The notes under the pieces: generated by a model
The model's input: only the letters and a program-made list of their open reading frames with translations
Databases searched by the model: none
What the model was told of the DNA's origin: nothing
Translations under genes and position numbers: made by a program
Source: Candidatus Omnitrophota bacterium
GTDB lineage: Bacteria; Ratteibacteria; UBA8468; MWAK01
Reading direction: 5' to 3'
NCBI GenBank assembly: GCA_043826355.1
Contig: JBDRQI010000012.1
Coordinates: 1 to 64,000 of the forward strand
Length of the DNA: 64,000 nucleotides
Part shown: positions 55,643 to 63,974 of the stretch, piece by piece
Numbering within the stretch: position 1 is the stretch's first letter
Layout: every line of letters starts with the position of its first letter

Positions 55643-56405
55643 TAACCAGAGCGAGGATAAAGGAGGCCGCGGTCAGAGCCAACAGCACTCCCAAACTGAC
55701 GAAGAAGAAAGAATCCAGCCGGTTCATGGCCAGTTGACGGATAACGATAACCAGGTGCGTCAGCGGAAGCAGCAAGGCCAGTTTTTGAGTCCAAGTCGGC
55801 AGGGCGGTAAGCGGAAAGAAGACGCCGCTGAAGAGAAACATCGGGGTGATAAAGAGAAAGAAAGGGAAGTTGAACTGTTCAATCATCCGCACCAGACCGG
55901 TAAAGACCATCCCGATTGACGCAAAGAGCAGACCGGAGATAAAGGAGACCGGGATAATCCAGAGCGCGGAAGGGTATTGCAGCAGGCCGAAGAACGAGAC
56001 GATAATCACCATTAGTAAACTGGCGATCATTGCTTTGGTCGCGCCCCACAGGATTTCTCCCGTAATCACGTCTTCCACCAGCAGCGGGGTGGCCAGGATG
56101 GCGTCATAGGTTTTTTGGTAGTACATCCTGACGAAGGAAGCGTAGGTGGTTTCAAAGAAGGCATAGTTCATAATGACCGTGGAGAGTATGCCCGGCGCAA
56201 TGAAGGTGAGGTATTTTATCTCTACGCCGTTGTAGGAGACGGTCTTCAGGAGTTGACCCAGGCCAAAACCGAAGGCGAAGAGAAAAAGCAGGGGTTCCAG
56301 CAGCGGCGTCATAAAATTGACCTGCCAGGTCTTAAGGTAGACGGAGGCGTTTCGCTGCCAGACCCGCAGACAGCGCCAGCTGACGTTCCGCAAAATAGAG
56401 TTCAT
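55617..56405 (-). CDS. ABC-2 type permease (NodJ-like)
   Basis: VW.RN, EPL..L..FG.GLG, Y..FIAPG, RM..QKT.DAILATP, PMFLFSG.FFP. Confidence 0.9.
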   Translation of the reverse strand: MNSILRNVSWRCLRVWQRNASVYLKTWQVNFMTPLLEPLLFLFAFGFGLGQLLKTVSYNGVEIKYLTFIAPGILSTVIMNYAFFETTYASFVRMYYQKTYDAILATPLLVEDVITGEILWGATKAMIASLLMVIIVSFFGLLQYPSALWIIPVSFISGLLFASIGMVFTGLVRMIEQFNFPFFLFITPMFLFSGVFFPLTALPTWTQKLALLLPLTHLVIVIRQLAMNRLDSFFFVSLGVLLALTAASFILALVIMKKRLVK

Positions 56406-57319
56406 TCTTTCAGGTCCCTCCCGGTCAATTTCAGGAAGACGTCCTCCAGGTTCGCCGGCCTCAGGCTGCAGCCGGATTCACAAAATATTTGGGAAATTTC
56501 GTTGAAAAATTGCCCGGAATCTCTGGAAAATATGATAAGCCGCGAAGGGGTCTTCTCATAGAGAACGTTCTTTTCTTTCAAAAATGGTTCCACGTTATCC
56601 TGATTGTTGAATATTTCAATCACATTCTTACCTACCACGTTTTTGATTAGTTCCTCCGGTTTGCCTTCGGCTGTAATCGTACCCCCATCCATGATAATTA
56701 GCCGGTCGCAAAGCCGGGCGGCTTCCTCCATATAATGGGTGGTAAGCAGAAAAGTCGTGCCGGAGTTTTTAAGTTCCGCGACGTATTCCCAGACCTGGTG
56801 TCTGCCCTGCGGGTCAAGACCGCCGGTGGGTTCGTCCAGGATGAGCAGTTCCGGGCGGTTCAGGATGGAGCGGCCGAAGATGAGGCGTCGCTTCATTCCG
56901 CCGGAGAGTTCGTCAATCGCGCTCTTCTTCCGCTGGCTGAGCCCGGTAAACTCAAGAATCTCTTCGGCCCTTTTCAGGGCTTCCTTTCTGCCGATATTGA
57001 AGTATCGGGCATAGACCAGGAGGTTTTGCAGGACGTTGAGGTCCGGGTCAAGGTTGTCTTCCTGCGGGCAGACGCCGATGCGCGCTTTTATCGGCCGGGG
57101 GAAGTCATTTACGGGAAGACCGAATATTTCCAGGCGTCCTTCGGAGGGCGGCATAAAACAGGAGACCATCCGGACCGTGGTGGTCTTGCCGGCTCCGTTG
57201 GGGCCCAGGATTCCGAAACACTCGCCGGCCGCAACTCGGAAGTCTATGTCTTTCACCGCGGCAAAGTCGCGAAAGTTCTTGGTCAGCTTTTCGGATACGA
57301 CCGCGATATTCTTATTCAT
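56402..57319 (-). CDS. ABC exporter ATP-binding subunit (NodI-like)
   Basis: GPNGAGKTT, LSGGMKRR, ILDEPT.GLDP, TTHYMEEA; ATG 57319 preferred. Confidence 0.92.
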   Translation of the reverse strand: MNKNIAVVSEKLTKNFRDFAAVKDIDFRVAAGECFGILGPNGAGKTTTVRMVSCFMPPSEGRLEIFGLPVNDFPRPIKARIGVCPQEDNLDPDLNVLQNLLVYARYFNIGRKEALKRAEEILEFTGLSQRKKSAIDELSGGMKRRLIFGRSILNRPELLILDEPTGGLDPQGRHQVWEYVAELKNSGTTFLLTTHYMEEAARLCDRLIIMDGGTITAEGKPEELIKNVVGKNVIEIFNNQDNVEPFLKEKNVLYEKTPSRLIIFSRDSGQFFNEISQIFCESGCSLRPANLEDVFLKLTGRDLKE

Positions 57320-57353
57320 GGATAATTTCCTATCAAGAAAATAGCTGTGCCTT

Positions 57354-57502
57354 TGCCGGGTTTGTCTTTCAACCGGACGCTTGTCAATTCCCGGCGAGAA
57401 TTGACTGCACTTGACGCTCGTCGGCGCTCTTTTCGTGCTTCTCAGCCCGAAAATCATTGCCCGCTTCCTCCTCACGACACCGGCTGAAGGGCAAACCCGG
57501 CA
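57354..57502 (-). ncRNA. Candidate structured RNA (or non-autonomous IR element), family unassigned
   Basis: 23-nt terminal inverted repeat (20/23 Watson-Crick), internal 10-bp hairpin 57383-57405, further gcac/gtgc helix; -10-like boxes at 57504-57512 immediately upstream on the minus strand. Confidence 0.5.
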
Positions 57503-57531
57503 TATTATACTATATTTCAGAGGTAGCGGTA

Positions 57532-58326
57532 TTAATGTAGATGGGGATGGATGTGTGTCGTATCTTTATGTTTATGGCTGTGGATGTGGACGAGGTTATT
57601 GTCGTGCAGCAGCAGCCCGTCATTTAAGATCTCTTCCGGTTTGCCGGATTTGACGATTCTTTTCTCCGGGCTGAACACGTAAATCATATCCGAGATTTCT
57701 TCCGCGAGGTGCAGGTCATGGGTGGAGATGACGATTGTTTTTCCGGAATTATTGGCCTGGATAAGCAGATCGATAATGTGTCTGGTTGTCAAGGGGTCTA
57801 AACCAGCTGTCGGTTCATCCAGGATAAGCACGTCCGGGTTGATTATTAAAGTGGAAGCTAAGGCAACCTTTCGTTTTTCGCCGATGCTTAACTGGTGGGG
57901 CGGCCGGTCGAGCAGGTCTTTCAGGTTTAAAATACCAATGAGTTCTTCCAGGCGGTCTTCAATTTCCTCTTTTTCCATTCCCAGTTGCAGCGGTCCAAAG
58001 ATTATATCTTCCTTAGCCGTAGGGCAGAATAACTGGACTTCCGGGTTTTGAAAAACAAGCCCCACCTTCCTTCGGAAATTTTTCGAGAAATCCGCATCGT
58101 TGAAAATACTCTCTTTTATATCAGAACCGAAGGCCGTAACAGTACCCTGGTTGGGGAAGATAAGGCCGTCAAGGATGTGCAAGAGCGTCGATTTTCCGGA
58201 ACCGTTAGCGCCGATAACGGTTACTTTTTCTCCCGCCTGGATATTGATGCTTACGCCGGATAAAGCCGGAAACTTTCCCAGATAGGAAAAAGAGATGTTT
58301 TTCAATTCAAAAATCAGAGGGTTCAT
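57532..58326 (-). CDS. cbiO: ECF Ni/Co transporter ATPase (CbiO/NikO) with His-rich tail
   Basis: GANGSGKST, VFQNP..QLF, LS.GEK, LDEPT.GLDP; C-terminal HIHSHKHKDTTHIHPHLH. Confidence 0.9.
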   Translation of the reverse strand: MNPLIFELKNISFSYLGKFPALSGVSINIQAGEKVTVIGANGSGKSTLLHILDGLIFPNQGTVTAFGSDIKESIFNDADFSKNFRRKVGLVFQNPEVQLFCPTAKEDIIFGPLQLGMEKEEIEDRLEELIGILNLKDLLDRPPHQLSIGEKRKVALASTLIINPDVLILDEPTAGLDPLTTRHIIDLLIQANNSGKTIVISTHDLHLAEEISDMIYVFSPEKRIVKSGKPEEILNDGLLLHDNNLVHIHSHKHKDTTHIHPHLH

Positions 58327-58345
58327 CGATTTTTTTGGATGCAGT

Positions 58346-58400
58346 ATAGTTGCCAACCTTGGTTGGCGTTTTTAAAGAGCCGAGCAAATTCGGCAACTAC
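58346..58400. repeat. GTAG-tagged REP doublet (GTAGTTGCC subtype) inside the nik operon
   Basis: ATAGttgccaaccttggttggc...gccgagcaaattcggcaaCTAC. Confidence 0.8.
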
Positions 58401-58406
58401 AATTTA

Positions 58407-59228
58407 TTACACGATGGTCAAGGTTATGAAAATCGTCAGCACGCAAAATAACCAGAGCCAATCCCGCAAACCGGCTTTAAAATTATTCAAGACAAATGAT
58501 TCTCCGTTGTAACCCCGGGAAAGCATGGCTTGGTAAACATCTTCATTTAACTGATGCGAATGTTGCCAGAGAGATGCGATATTGGAAGCCACGATGCGCT
58601 GTCCTTTTTTGGAACGGACTTTTGTGCCGACACGGCTTTTAACGGCAAGATAGGTATTTTCAATTATCCCGACAAAGAGAAAAATATACCGGTAACACAT
58701 GCCCAGCGTCATCACGAAAACCTGGGGAATCCCAAAAATGCGCAGCACCCTGAGCAGTTCAAAATGTTTGGTGGTGATACTCAAGAGAACGACAAAAGAT
58801 ACGGAGGTTATCACGCGCGCAACAAACAGCGCTGCGCCGGATAAGCCCTGGCGGGTAATGGTAAGTGTAAGCCCCGCCATTTTTACGGTTGTTAAAGGTT
58901 CTCCCGGCGTGAAAATGCTGAAGATGGCGGGGAAGGCGATGAAAAGCGAAAAAAGGGGGATGAATACCCAGGTTCTTTTTAAGAAAAACCCCAAACGGAT
59001 TTTAGAAAAACATGCCAGTAGAATAGATATCGCGTAAAGACATAACAAAATAAAGATGTTCTTTGTGAATAGTATCTGAACAAGGAACAATAGGAACGTT
59101 ACCGTTTTTATTCGCGGGTCAAGGGATTGCAGGAACCCTTTCTTCGAGGCATATTCGTCGGAAAAGATCGAATCCTTAAAAAACGACAAAGCGCCTGAAA
59201 TGGAATGTTCTATAAAATTATTTTTTAT
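58407..59228 (-). CDS. cbiQ: ECF T component (CbiQ/NikQ); probable ATA start
   Basis: LDPRIK, LSITT, YRYI, A..SR, AMLSRGY; reading frame open back to ATA at 59228, preceded by AAGGTGG. Confidence 0.88.
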   Translation of the reverse strand: MKNNFIEHSISGALSFFKDSIFSDEYASKKGFLQSLDPRIKTVTFLLFLVQILFTKNIFILLCLYAISILLACFSKIRLGFFLKRTWVFIPLFSLFIAFPAIFSIFTPGEPLTTVKMAGLTLTITRQGLSGAALFVARVITSVSFVVLLSITTKHFELLRVLRIFGIPQVFVMTLGMCYRYIFLFVGIIENTYLAVKSRVGTKVRSKKGQRIVASNIASLWQHSHQLNEDVYQAMLSRGYNGESFVLNNFKAGLRDWLWLFCVLTIFITLTIV

Positions 59229-59565
59229 TGTTGGCCACCTTTTTGGTTAAATTTTTGCCGATAAGCCACGTCAGGGCGGAGACGAGGGCGATACCCACAA
59301 CAGCGGATATTATATAGGCAAAACTCAAACCTGACAACCCCTTCTCTTCCCAACCCTTGAAGGCATAATCAGGGAGAGGCGCATTCCAGAGCGTTGACAA
59401 CTTCGCCAGGCCCTTGGGAATGTATCCCACGAGCGCCTGCATTTCATCTGCGCCCCATTCGCCCCAGGCGGCTCCGGCTTTGAAGTGTTCCGGCATTATC
59501 AATCCCAGAGGAGAAAGAACGATAAGAATCGCCATCCCAATCCATAATTTAGTGGTAATCTTCAT
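59218..59565 (-). CDS. NikN-like (PDGLE-type) auxiliary membrane subunit
   Basis: LSPLG, AWGEW, APLPDYAF, YIISA..G; two TM segments. Confidence 0.85.
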   Translation of the reverse strand: MKITTKLWIGMAILIVLSPLGLIMPEHFKAGAAWGEWGADEMQALVGYIPKGLAKLSTLWNAPLPDYAFKGWEEKGLSGLSFAYIISAVVGIALVSALTWLIGKNLTKKVANNKK

Positions 59566-59577
59566 AAATTCCCTCCG

Positions 59578-60252
59578 CTATTTGTTAAAAAGAAGATTCG
59601 CGTCCTGCTTCTGCAGAAATTTAACCACCAATGCGGTTACAATAGCTTCAACCCAGCCGAATATTAACAGATGTTCTCCGGACATAACCGGGACCGCGAC
59701 GTTGAGTCCGTAAGGACAGTATAAGGCCTGTCCGGAGGCGGTGTGGTGCAGGAGCGGCTGCAGTCCAAACTCAACCCCTGTCAGCAAAGCCGCCGCGTTA
59801 AGACCGATGTAGGCGGCCGCCCCCGCCGCAAATACTCTCCGGTTTGAATCCCGGGGAGCTTTATATGCCAGTGCCCTGTAAATATAATATCCTGCAAAAG
59901 GCATGACAAAGGCCATGTTAAAGCAGTTGGCCGCCAGGGTGGTTATCCCGCCGTCTCCAAATAACAACGCCTGTATCACCAGCGCAACGGTTATCGCAAT
60001 GGAGGCCGCCCAGGGTCCCAAAAGTATTGCCGCCAGAACTCCCCCGGTCGCGTGGCCGGTTGAACCGCCGAGTATCGGCACGTTGAACAGCATGACCACA
60101 AAACTGAACGCTGCGGCGACGGCCAGCATCGGCACCTGTTTCGCCTTGAGCGTTTTTTTGACAATCTTTGAGGCAATTGCCCAGATGGGCAGCATCACCA
60201 CGTAGAAGAAGCCGGAGGTCGCCGGTCCCAGATATCCGTCAGGTATGTGCAT
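59578..60252 (-). CDS. cbiM: ECF S component CbiM/NikM
   Basis: N-terminal MHIPDG.L, GH..GG.L..ILLGP, QALLFGDGG.T.L.AN. Confidence 0.95.
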   Translation of the reverse strand: MHIPDGYLGPATSGFFYVVMLPIWAIASKIVKKTLKAKQVPMLAVAAAFSFVVMLFNVPILGGSTGHATGGVLAAILLGPWAASIAITVALVIQALLFGDGGITTLAANCFNMAFVMPFAGYYIYRALAYKAPRDSNRRVFAAGAAAYIGLNAAALLTGVEFGLQPLLHHTASGQALYCPYGLNVAVPVMSGEHLLIFGWVEAIVTALVVKFLQKQDANLLFNK

Positions 60253-60279
60253 AATCCATTTCCTCCTTTTTTAAATCCG

Positions 60280-61098
60280 TTAGAAACACCAGGTCAGCCC
60301 GGCCAGAAATGATTGGTCGGTCTCTTCGTCGTTCAGGCCGACTTTGAAACCAAAGTCAACGCTGGTATTTTCAGTGAGAGAATATATAAATCCGGCCAGC
60401 AGAAAAACCGGGTCGCTCTCGGCTTCTTTGTCGGGATTTTTTTCCGCGCCGATGTTGACGACCAATGCCAGTTTCTCGGTCAGCCCGGTCTCTGTTGCCA
60501 GAGAAAGATGCCAGAGGTCTTCTTCTTCGTCGAAGTCATTTTCGTTCCTGCCGTAGCCCGCATTGAAATGCAGGGCGGTCTTTCCCTTCTCGAATGTGGT
60601 GATAAAGTAGAGGCTGTAATTAACCTTGCCGGTTCCCAGGCCTTTGTCTTTATCGCCGGTAGATATGGAAAAGCCGGGTTTCAGGGCAAGACTCCATCCG
60701 TTTTTTTCAAAGAACCGCCATTTCAATTCCAAGCCTGCGTCTCCGAAACCGTTTTCATCGAAAACCTTAACGCCGTTTTCTTTTCCCGTAATCCACTGGT
60801 AGGGAATCCCGAAGACCAAATCTGTTTTATCGTTCAATCCAAAACAGAGGGTGACGGCCAGTTCCGAACTTTCTTCTTTGACGCTTCCCTCGCTTTCAAA
60901 ATCAAATTGGGTGTTCAATTCCAATTGGACTTTGCCTTTGCCCACTGTTCCCGCATCATCGGTTATCAACGGATGGGCCGCAAAGGTCGTGCGGGCAGCG
61001 GTCAGAACCAAAACGGCGCAAAAGCCGATTTGGCCGGCTTGAATAACAAAAACCTTCCCTTTCCCCGAAAACCTTCCTTTCTTGATTCCCTGTATCAT
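60280..61098 (-). CDS. Outer-membrane beta-barrel protein (putative metal channel)
   Basis: Signal peptide ending TFA, mature AHPLITDDAGT, alternating amphipathic strands, G.GD..L..KW, GLG.G, C-terminal W-x-F. Confidence 0.8.
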   Translation of the reverse strand: MIQGIKKGRFSGKGKVFVIQAGQIGFCAVLVLTAARTTFAAHPLITDDAGTVGKGKVQLELNTQFDFESEGSVKEESSELAVTLCFGLNDKTDLVFGIPYQWITGKENGVKVFDENGFGDAGLELKWRFFEKNGWSLALKPGFSISTGDKDKGLGTGKVNYSLYFITTFEKGKTALHFNAGYGRNENDFDEEEDLWHLSLATETGLTEKLALVVNIGAEKNPDKEAESDPVFLLAGFIYSLTENTSVDFGFKVGLNDEETDQSFLAGLTWCF

Positions 61099-61108
61099 TT
61101 TTCTCCCT

Positions 61109-61139
61109 TTTCGTGTTATGAATTATGGTTTCGTGTTAC
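61109..61139. promoter_or_regulatory. Putative NikR operator (direct repeat)
   Basis: tttcGTGTTAT-N13-GTGTTAC with 20-nt period, upstream of the nik operon. Confidence 0.7.
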
Positions 61140-61163
61140 GAAAACGCAAAAAAAATAATACCG

Positions 61164-61580
61164 TTACTGAATTTCTTTGCCGGTGGTGGACATGTTCAGG
61201 TTCGCATGCTTCACTCCTTTTACCGACGCCAGACTGTTGGTCAGTTTTTGGGCCTCTTTTGGAGAACCCTTGACCGCGATGATTTCCAGGCAATTATTGT
61301 GGTCCAGGTGGATGTGTTGGGTGGAAATAATGGTATCGCCGAAATCGTGCTGGATATCCATCAGTTTATTTACCAGTTCCCGCTTATGGTGGTCATAAAC
61401 AAGCGTAACGGCCCCGGCGATTTCACCGCCGGTTTCCCACTGTTTCTGAACCAGTTCCCGGCGGATTAAATCCCGGAGCGCCTCGGAACGGCAAGTATAA
61501 TTCTTTTTTTTAGAGAGGCGGTCAAATTTCTCCAGAAGTTCCTGGTCCAGTGATACGCCAAAACGTACGACTTTCGGCAT
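61164..61580 (-). CDS. nikR: Nickel-responsive regulator
   Basis: RFGVSL RHH strand, RSEA.RDLIR, YDHH, QH.HLDH..CLE. Confidence 0.96.
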   Translation of the reverse strand: MPKVVRFGVSLDQELLEKFDRLSKKKNYTCRSEALRDLIRRELVQKQWETGGEIAGAVTLVYDHHKRELVNKLMDIQHDFGDTIISTQHIHLDHNNCLEIIAVKGSPKEAQKLTNSLASVKGVKHANLNMSTTGKEIQ

Positions 61581-61601
61581 CTTTTTCTCCGTATTTTTGT
61601 A

Positions 61602-61648
61602 ATAATACGATTTTAAAAATTATAACACGCAATATTTTAGGCTGTCAA
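61602..61648 (-). promoter_or_regulatory. nikR promoter overlapped by a second NikR-like direct repeat
   Basis: TTGACA (61648-61643)-18 nt-(TGt)TATAAT (61624-61619); GTGTTAT-N13-GTATTAT on the minus strand at 61628-61602. Confidence 0.75.
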
Positions 61649-61671
61649 CCACACTAATTCTTTATGATTTA

Positions 61672-62277
61672 TTATTTCAGGTACGGTTTAATCTCTTCGT
61701 ATATTCTCTTCGCCATAACCGCGTAACCTCTGGCGTTGGGGTGGATGGTATCGCTCATCAGGCCGGGGTTGCCAATTATGCCTTTCAGGATGTTCGGAAT
61801 CAAGAGCGTTTTCTTCTGCCGGGCCAGACGCTTAAAGCCGCTGAGGTACGGGTCTTTCAGCAGCCCGGTTTTTACTTCTGCCAGCGTCACGGCCGCGCCA
61901 CCTGATTGAATCAAATCCACAATCTTTTCCAGGTTTCGGAACGTTTCTTCTTCCGGCAGTTTTTGTAAAAAATCGTTGCCGCCCAGGATTACGATGACCA
62001 TCTGTGGGTCCTGTTCCAGGACGTTTTTTTTAATCCTTTTTAAGGCGTCTCCGGCGGTGTCCCCGCTGACGCCCGCGTTAATTACCTTCCGGCCCAAGTA
62101 TCCGGAGAGGACGGAAGGGTAATCCCGGCCCGGTTCCGCGCCCACGCCCTCGGTCAAACTGTCGCCCAGGCAGATAATGTTGGAACCGCGGGAGTCAAGG
62201 TTTTTAATATCCGGCGTCCTGGAGCAGCCGGCAAACAGGGCGGGAAGGAGGAGAATAAAAGCCAGGGATTTATTCAT
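61672..62277 (-). CDS. SGNH/GDSL arylesterase lipoprotein (TesA-like)
   Basis: FAG-C lipobox, GDSLT.G, NAGVSGDT, LGGND, D.IHPN..GY. Confidence 0.92.
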   Translation of the reverse strand: MNKSLAFILLLPALFAGCSRTPDIKNLDSRGSNIICLGDSLTEGVGAEPGRDYPSVLSGYLGRKVINAGVSGDTAGDALKRIKKNVLEQDPQMVIVILGGNDFLQKLPEEETFRNLEKIVDLIQSGGAAVTLAEVKTGLLKDPYLSGFKRLARQKKTLLIPNILKGIIGNPGLMSDTIHPNARGYAVMAKRIYEEIKPYLK

Positions 62278-62920
62278 AAATAACTTCGATTATCTTTTTG
62301 TATACCTCCGAAAAATCATCGGTCCGGCAGCTATAGTCCACCGTTTCCGAAAGACGCCGGGAAGAGGAGTTGAAGGCGATGGAATAGCCGGCGGCCCTGG
62401 AGAGGGGTATGTCCCCTTCGCTGTCGCCGACGCTGATAACCTGGCGCGGCGCGGTCCCTATCTCCTTGATTATCTTCTTCAGGGCTTTTCCCTTGGCGCC
62501 GTGGGTCAGGTTTATTTTGACCCCGCCGGTAAGGATACCCTTGTATGTTTTCAGTTCGTTGGAGAGGATATATTCAAACCCCAGTTCCTTTTCCAGCCGT
62601 TGGGGAAGATACTGAAGGCCGGTTGAAACGGCGATCAGCTTCAGGCCGAGTTTTTTTAATTTTTTAATTGAGATTACCGCGTTTTTGGCGTAGGGAACAT
62701 CTTGAAAAAGTTTTTCAACATTTTTCTCCGGCAGACCTTTCCAGTGGGCGGCGTCCAGTTCGCAGAATTTCCGGTAACTTATCCGGTTGGCCAGGAAGAG
62801 TTCCTGGTACCGGCAGGCAAGGACGTCCCACTTGCCCAGTTTTTCGTGGATGTATCTCCAGGAACTGACCGGGGTGGTAATCGTGCCGTCTATGTCAAAG
62901 ATAACCGCTTTGTATTTCAT
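62270..62920 (-). CDS. HAD-superfamily phosphatase (phosphoserine-phosphatase-like)
   Basis: FDIDGT, VSTG, K, GDSEGD; ATG 62920 preferred. Confidence 0.88.
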   Translation of the reverse strand: MKYKAVIFDIDGTITTPVSSWRYIHEKLGKWDVLACRYQELFLANRISYRKFCELDAAHWKGLPEKNVEKLFQDVPYAKNAVISIKKLKKLGLKLIAVSTGLQYLPQRLEKELGFEYILSNELKTYKGILTGGVKINLTHGAKGKALKKIIKEIGTAPRQVISVGDSEGDIPLSRAAGYSIAFNSSSRRLSETVDYSCRTDDFSEVYKKIIEVIYE

Positions 62921-63968
62921 GTTTTTTTCCGGCCAACTGGCCGCAGGCGGCCGCGATGTCGTTTCCTCTGGATTTACGGATGGTGACGAAGACCTCTTTT
63001 TGGGTGAGCCGTTTTGCAAAAAAAAGAACGCTCTCTTTTCCCGGCGTCCGGTAATCATTTCCGGTAACCGGACTGTAACCGAGCAGATTAACTTTGGCTT
63101 TCAGATTTTTAGCTATATCAACCAGTTTTTCCGCGCAGTCAACGGAATCGTTAACGTCCTTGACCAGCAGGTATTCCAGGGTGACGACCCGGCCGGTATG
63201 CCGGGTGTAGTCGGCCAGCGCCGGGACCAATTCCTTCAGGGGATATTTTTTGCTGACCGGCATAAGTTTGCGGCGGAGTTCTTCCTCGGCAGCGTGCAGG
63301 GAAACGGATAATTCCACTTGAAGGCCCAGGTTTTGAAAGCGGGTTATAGCCGGGATGATGCCGCAGGTGGAGACGGTAATCTTGCGGGCGCCGATGTTCA
63401 GGCCCTGGCCGTGGTTGATGACGCTGATGGCCCGGACCAGGTTTTCGTAGTTATCGAACGGTTCGCCCATCCCCATAAAGACGACGTTGGTTATCTTTTG
63501 GTTACGGCCAAAACGGATAAAGAGCAGTTGGTTGATAATCTCTGCCAGGGTAAGGTTCCGGGTGAAACCGATTTTGCCGCTGGCGCAAAAAGCGCATTTG
63601 TATTTGCAGCCGACCTGCGTGGAAAGACAGACGGTTCTCCGTTCCCGTTCCGGTATCAGGACGGTTTCAATGTATTCGGTTTGTGCAGGGGAGGGACTCT
63701 GCTCCCTCCCGGTTAGGCGGAAGAGAAATTTTTCGGTCCCGTCGGCTGACCGGGCAATTTCCGCAACCTCCGGCCGGCTGATATGGAAGAGCGCGTCCAG
63801 TTTTTCCCGGAGGTCTTTGGGCAGGTTCTCCATTTGGCTGAATTCTAAAACTCCCTTCCGATACAGCCATTCCGATATCTGCCGGGCCCGGAAAGGGGGT
63901 GTGGGGATTTCAGCCAGCCGTTCCTCCAGTTCCGCTATCGTGAAATTTTTGATATCCTCTTTTTCCAT
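62895..63968 (-). CDS. rlmN: Dual-specificity RNA methyltransferase (radical SAM)
   Basis: FRA.QI..W, DGT.K, IETV, C.STQVGC...C.FCASG, VFMGMGEP, SLHA, EY.L...VND, AACGQL. Confidence 0.96.
   Translation of the reverse strand: MEKEDIKNFTIAELEERLAEIPTPPFRARQISEWLYRKGVLEFSQMENLPKDLREKLDALFHISRPEVAEIARSADGTEKFLFRLTGREQSPSPAQTEYIETVLIPERERRTVCLSTQVGCKYKCAFCASGKIGFTRNLTLAEIINQLLFIRFGRNQKITNVVFMGMGEPFDNYENLVRAISVINHGQGLNIGARKITVSTCGIIPAITRFQNLGLQVELSVSLHAAEEELRRKLMPVSKKYPLKELVPALADYTRHTGRVVTLEYLLVKDVNDSVDCAEKLVDIAKNLKAKVNLLGYSPVTGNDYRTPGKESVLFFAKRLTQKEVFVTIRKSRGNDIAAACGQLAGKKHEIQSGYL
63685..63711. repeat. Single GTAG-type REP (GCAG variant) in frame inside rlmN
   Basis: GCAGgggagggactctgctccctcccg, 27 nt; encodes about GREQSPSPA. 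Confidence 0.8.
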
Positions 63969-63974
63969 TCCAAT

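Noticed and set aside
57320..57475. 52-aa N-terminal extension of the ABC ATPase given in the ORF track
   Set aside because: The ATPase domain starts at MNKNIAV (57319); the extension runs through the structured element and looks non-coding.
57354..57502. Assignment of the structured element to RNase P RNA, SRP RNA, the c-di-AMP riboswitch or a retron ncRNA
   Set aside because: Only short word-level resemblances (gaggaggaag, gacaaacccggc, ttttcggg). It is too short for RNase P, the core consensus motifs of the others are missing, and there is no reverse transcriptase nearby.
62921..63058. N-terminal extension of the HAD phosphatase in the ORF track
   Set aside because: It lies wholly within rlmN; the HAD motif I begins right after ATG 62920.
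17..63870. Numerous overlapping and antisense ORFs in the six-frame track (e.g. 3157-3804, 31204-32010, 32029-32874, 60313-61158)
   Set aside because: They shadow well-supported genes on the opposite strand or frame and show no recognisable motifs.
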